Source: Candidatus Gottesmanbacteria bacterium GW2011_GWA2_43_14
Lineage (GTDB): Bacteria > Patescibacteriota > Microgenomatia > 2-02-FULL-39-11
Reading direction: 5' to 3'
Assembly: GCA_000999095.1 (NCBI GenBank)
Contig: LCFP01000001.1
Span: 10,230-74,229 of the forward strand
Length of the DNA: 64,000 nt
A program made the translations under genes and the position numbers. Below are positions 62,842 to 64,000 of the stretch, piece after piece. The stretch's first letter is position 1. The number at the start of each line of letters is the position of its first letter. Below the pieces are notes generated by a model. It searched no databases. It was not told the origin of the DNA and was given only the letters and a program-made list of their open reading frames with translations.

Positions 62842-63087
62842 TCAGACTACCTGAACTATTTTTCTGTCTAACCGCCGCAGAAAAGAAACTACTCCGTCCT
62901 TGACGGCATAAAGGGTATGGTCTTTTCCCATTTTGACCCCGTTTCCCGGATGGAATTTTGTGCCCCTTTGCCTGATAATGATATTCCCGGCAACTACTTT
63001 TCCTCCGGCATAAACTTTAACCCCAAGCCTTTTGGAAACAGAATCACGGTTGCCTTTGGTTGTACCCCCGGTTTTGATGTGTGCCAT
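62842..63087 (-). CDS. rpmA: 50S ribosomal protein L27
   Basis: [26 protein letters not shown]. Confidence 0.97.
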   Translation of the reverse strand: MAHIKTGGTTKGNRDSVSKRLGVKVYAGGKVVAGNIIIRQRGTKFHPGNGVKMGKDHTLYAVKDGVVSFLRRLDRKIVQVV

Positions 63088-63118
63088 ATGAAAAATCTCT
63101 CTCTATTCAGGAGCGAGT

Positions 63119-63514
63119 TTACTCTCTATTTTCACGGTTGTCAATCTTTTTTTCACGCTTTGCCGCGACTTTGGTTGATGGGGCTTTTTTCGGTGATGCA
63201 TCCCTGCCAATATTTTCGATTTTGATGTCTGTCAACATGGGACGGAAACCTATCTTCCTGCGGTAACGGACCTTCGCTTTAAATTTGGAAACATGCAGTT
63301 TTTCACCTTTATATTGCTTTGTCACTTCTCCGGACACTGTCAGACCTGCCAGGTACGGGTTTCCGACCAGTACTTCCTGACCATCCTTAAACAACAGAAC
63401 TTTATCGAATAAAAATTTTTTTCCCTGCGGATGTTCCAGTTTATCCACGGTCACAATTTCACCTTCAGCAACCTTGTACTGCTTGCCGCCTGATTCAATT
63501 ACAGCGTATTTCAT
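63119..63514 (-). CDS. rplU: 50S ribosomal protein L21 with basic C-terminal tail
   Basis: YAVIESGGKQYKV, KFKAKVRYRRKIG. Confidence 0.96.
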   Translation of the reverse strand: MKYAVIESGGKQYKVAEGEIVTVDKLEHPQGKKFLFDKVLLFKDGQEVLVGNPYLAGLTVSGEVTKQYKGEKLHVSKFKAKVRYRRKIGFRPMLTDIKIENIGRDASPKKAPSTKVAAKREKKIDNRENRE

Positions 63515-63538
63515 AAGGTTCTTATTATATATAATAAG

Positions 63539-64000
63539 CTAATGAATGACAAGCTCAATTTCCTTTTTTCTTTTCGCCACCGAGTTTAAAATTCCCAAGG
63601 CGATGAAGGTGCTTATAATCGAGCTGCCTCCGGCCGATACCAACGGCAAGGTGATACCGGTAATCGGCAAAATACCCAAATTCATGCCCATGTTAATAAA
63701 CACCTGGATAAAAATTTGGGAAAAGATTCCGGCACTGAGTACCTTTCCCATGGTATCTTCGGCACTAAAACAGATGTTTAAAATTCTGATCAATAAAAGC
63801 AGATATAAGATTATCAGTATAATACCTCCTATAAAACCCAATGATTCTACAATCGTAGCGAAGATAAAATCGGTCTGGTACTCCGGCAGGAAAAAAAGTT
63901 TGCTTTGCGTCCCACGTCCCAAACCCAATCCCCAGAATCCTCCGCTGCCCACGGCTATCATAGATTGTATGGCGTTATATCCTGCGCCTCCGGGATCAAT
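63539..64000 (-). CDS. rodA: SEDS protein RodA/FtsW, C-terminal part (runs off window end)
   Basis: DPGGAGYNAIQS, LPEYQTDFIF, PITGITLPLVSAGGSS. Confidence 0.88.
   Translation of the reverse strand: MDPGGAGYNAIQSMIAVGSGGFWGLGLGRGTQSKLFFLPEYQTDFIFATIVESLGFIGGIILIILYLLLLIRILNICFSAEDTMGKVLSAGIFSQIFIQVFINMGMNLGILPITGITLPLVSAGGSSIISTFIALGILNSVAKRKKEIELVIH

Overview
This looks like a 64-kb chromosomal segment of a reduced-genome bacterium, most likely CPR/Patescibacteria (Microgenomates-like). That placement is inferred from gene style (short AtpH, Pro/Thr-linker surface proteins, compact intergenics); the genetic code appears standard. The left half is unusually rich in metabolism for such an organism: glyA-purF-purE(class II)-purC-purQ-purL (broken), then pyrG/E/F/D, an inverted fumarase/aspartase + malic enzyme pair, pyrC/B-carB/A, a complete F1Fo operon, dnaE, a degenerate GGDEF protein and gatCAB. 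It continues with glnA preceded by an ANTAR-type dual-hairpin attenuator and a GAF-ANTAR regulator, murT/gatD, a decayed clpB, htpX/lemA and polX. The right half holds four tRNAs, a small nuclease islet beside tRNA-Gly, an FMN-riboswitch-controlled ECF/riboflavin-kinase operon, glycosyltransferases with an O-antigen-ligase-like gene, and lepB, parB, rpmA, rplU and rodA. Two systems stand out. (1) A 392-bp GIY-YIG + intact tRNA-Val unit is bracketed by two tRNA half-copies whose anticodon arm is replaced by an identical palindrome. (2) A PtsP-like GAF-ANTAR protein sits beside a matching RNA antiterminator on glnA, suggesting a one-component nitrogen sensor. All homology calls come from motif recognition by eye, not database searches.
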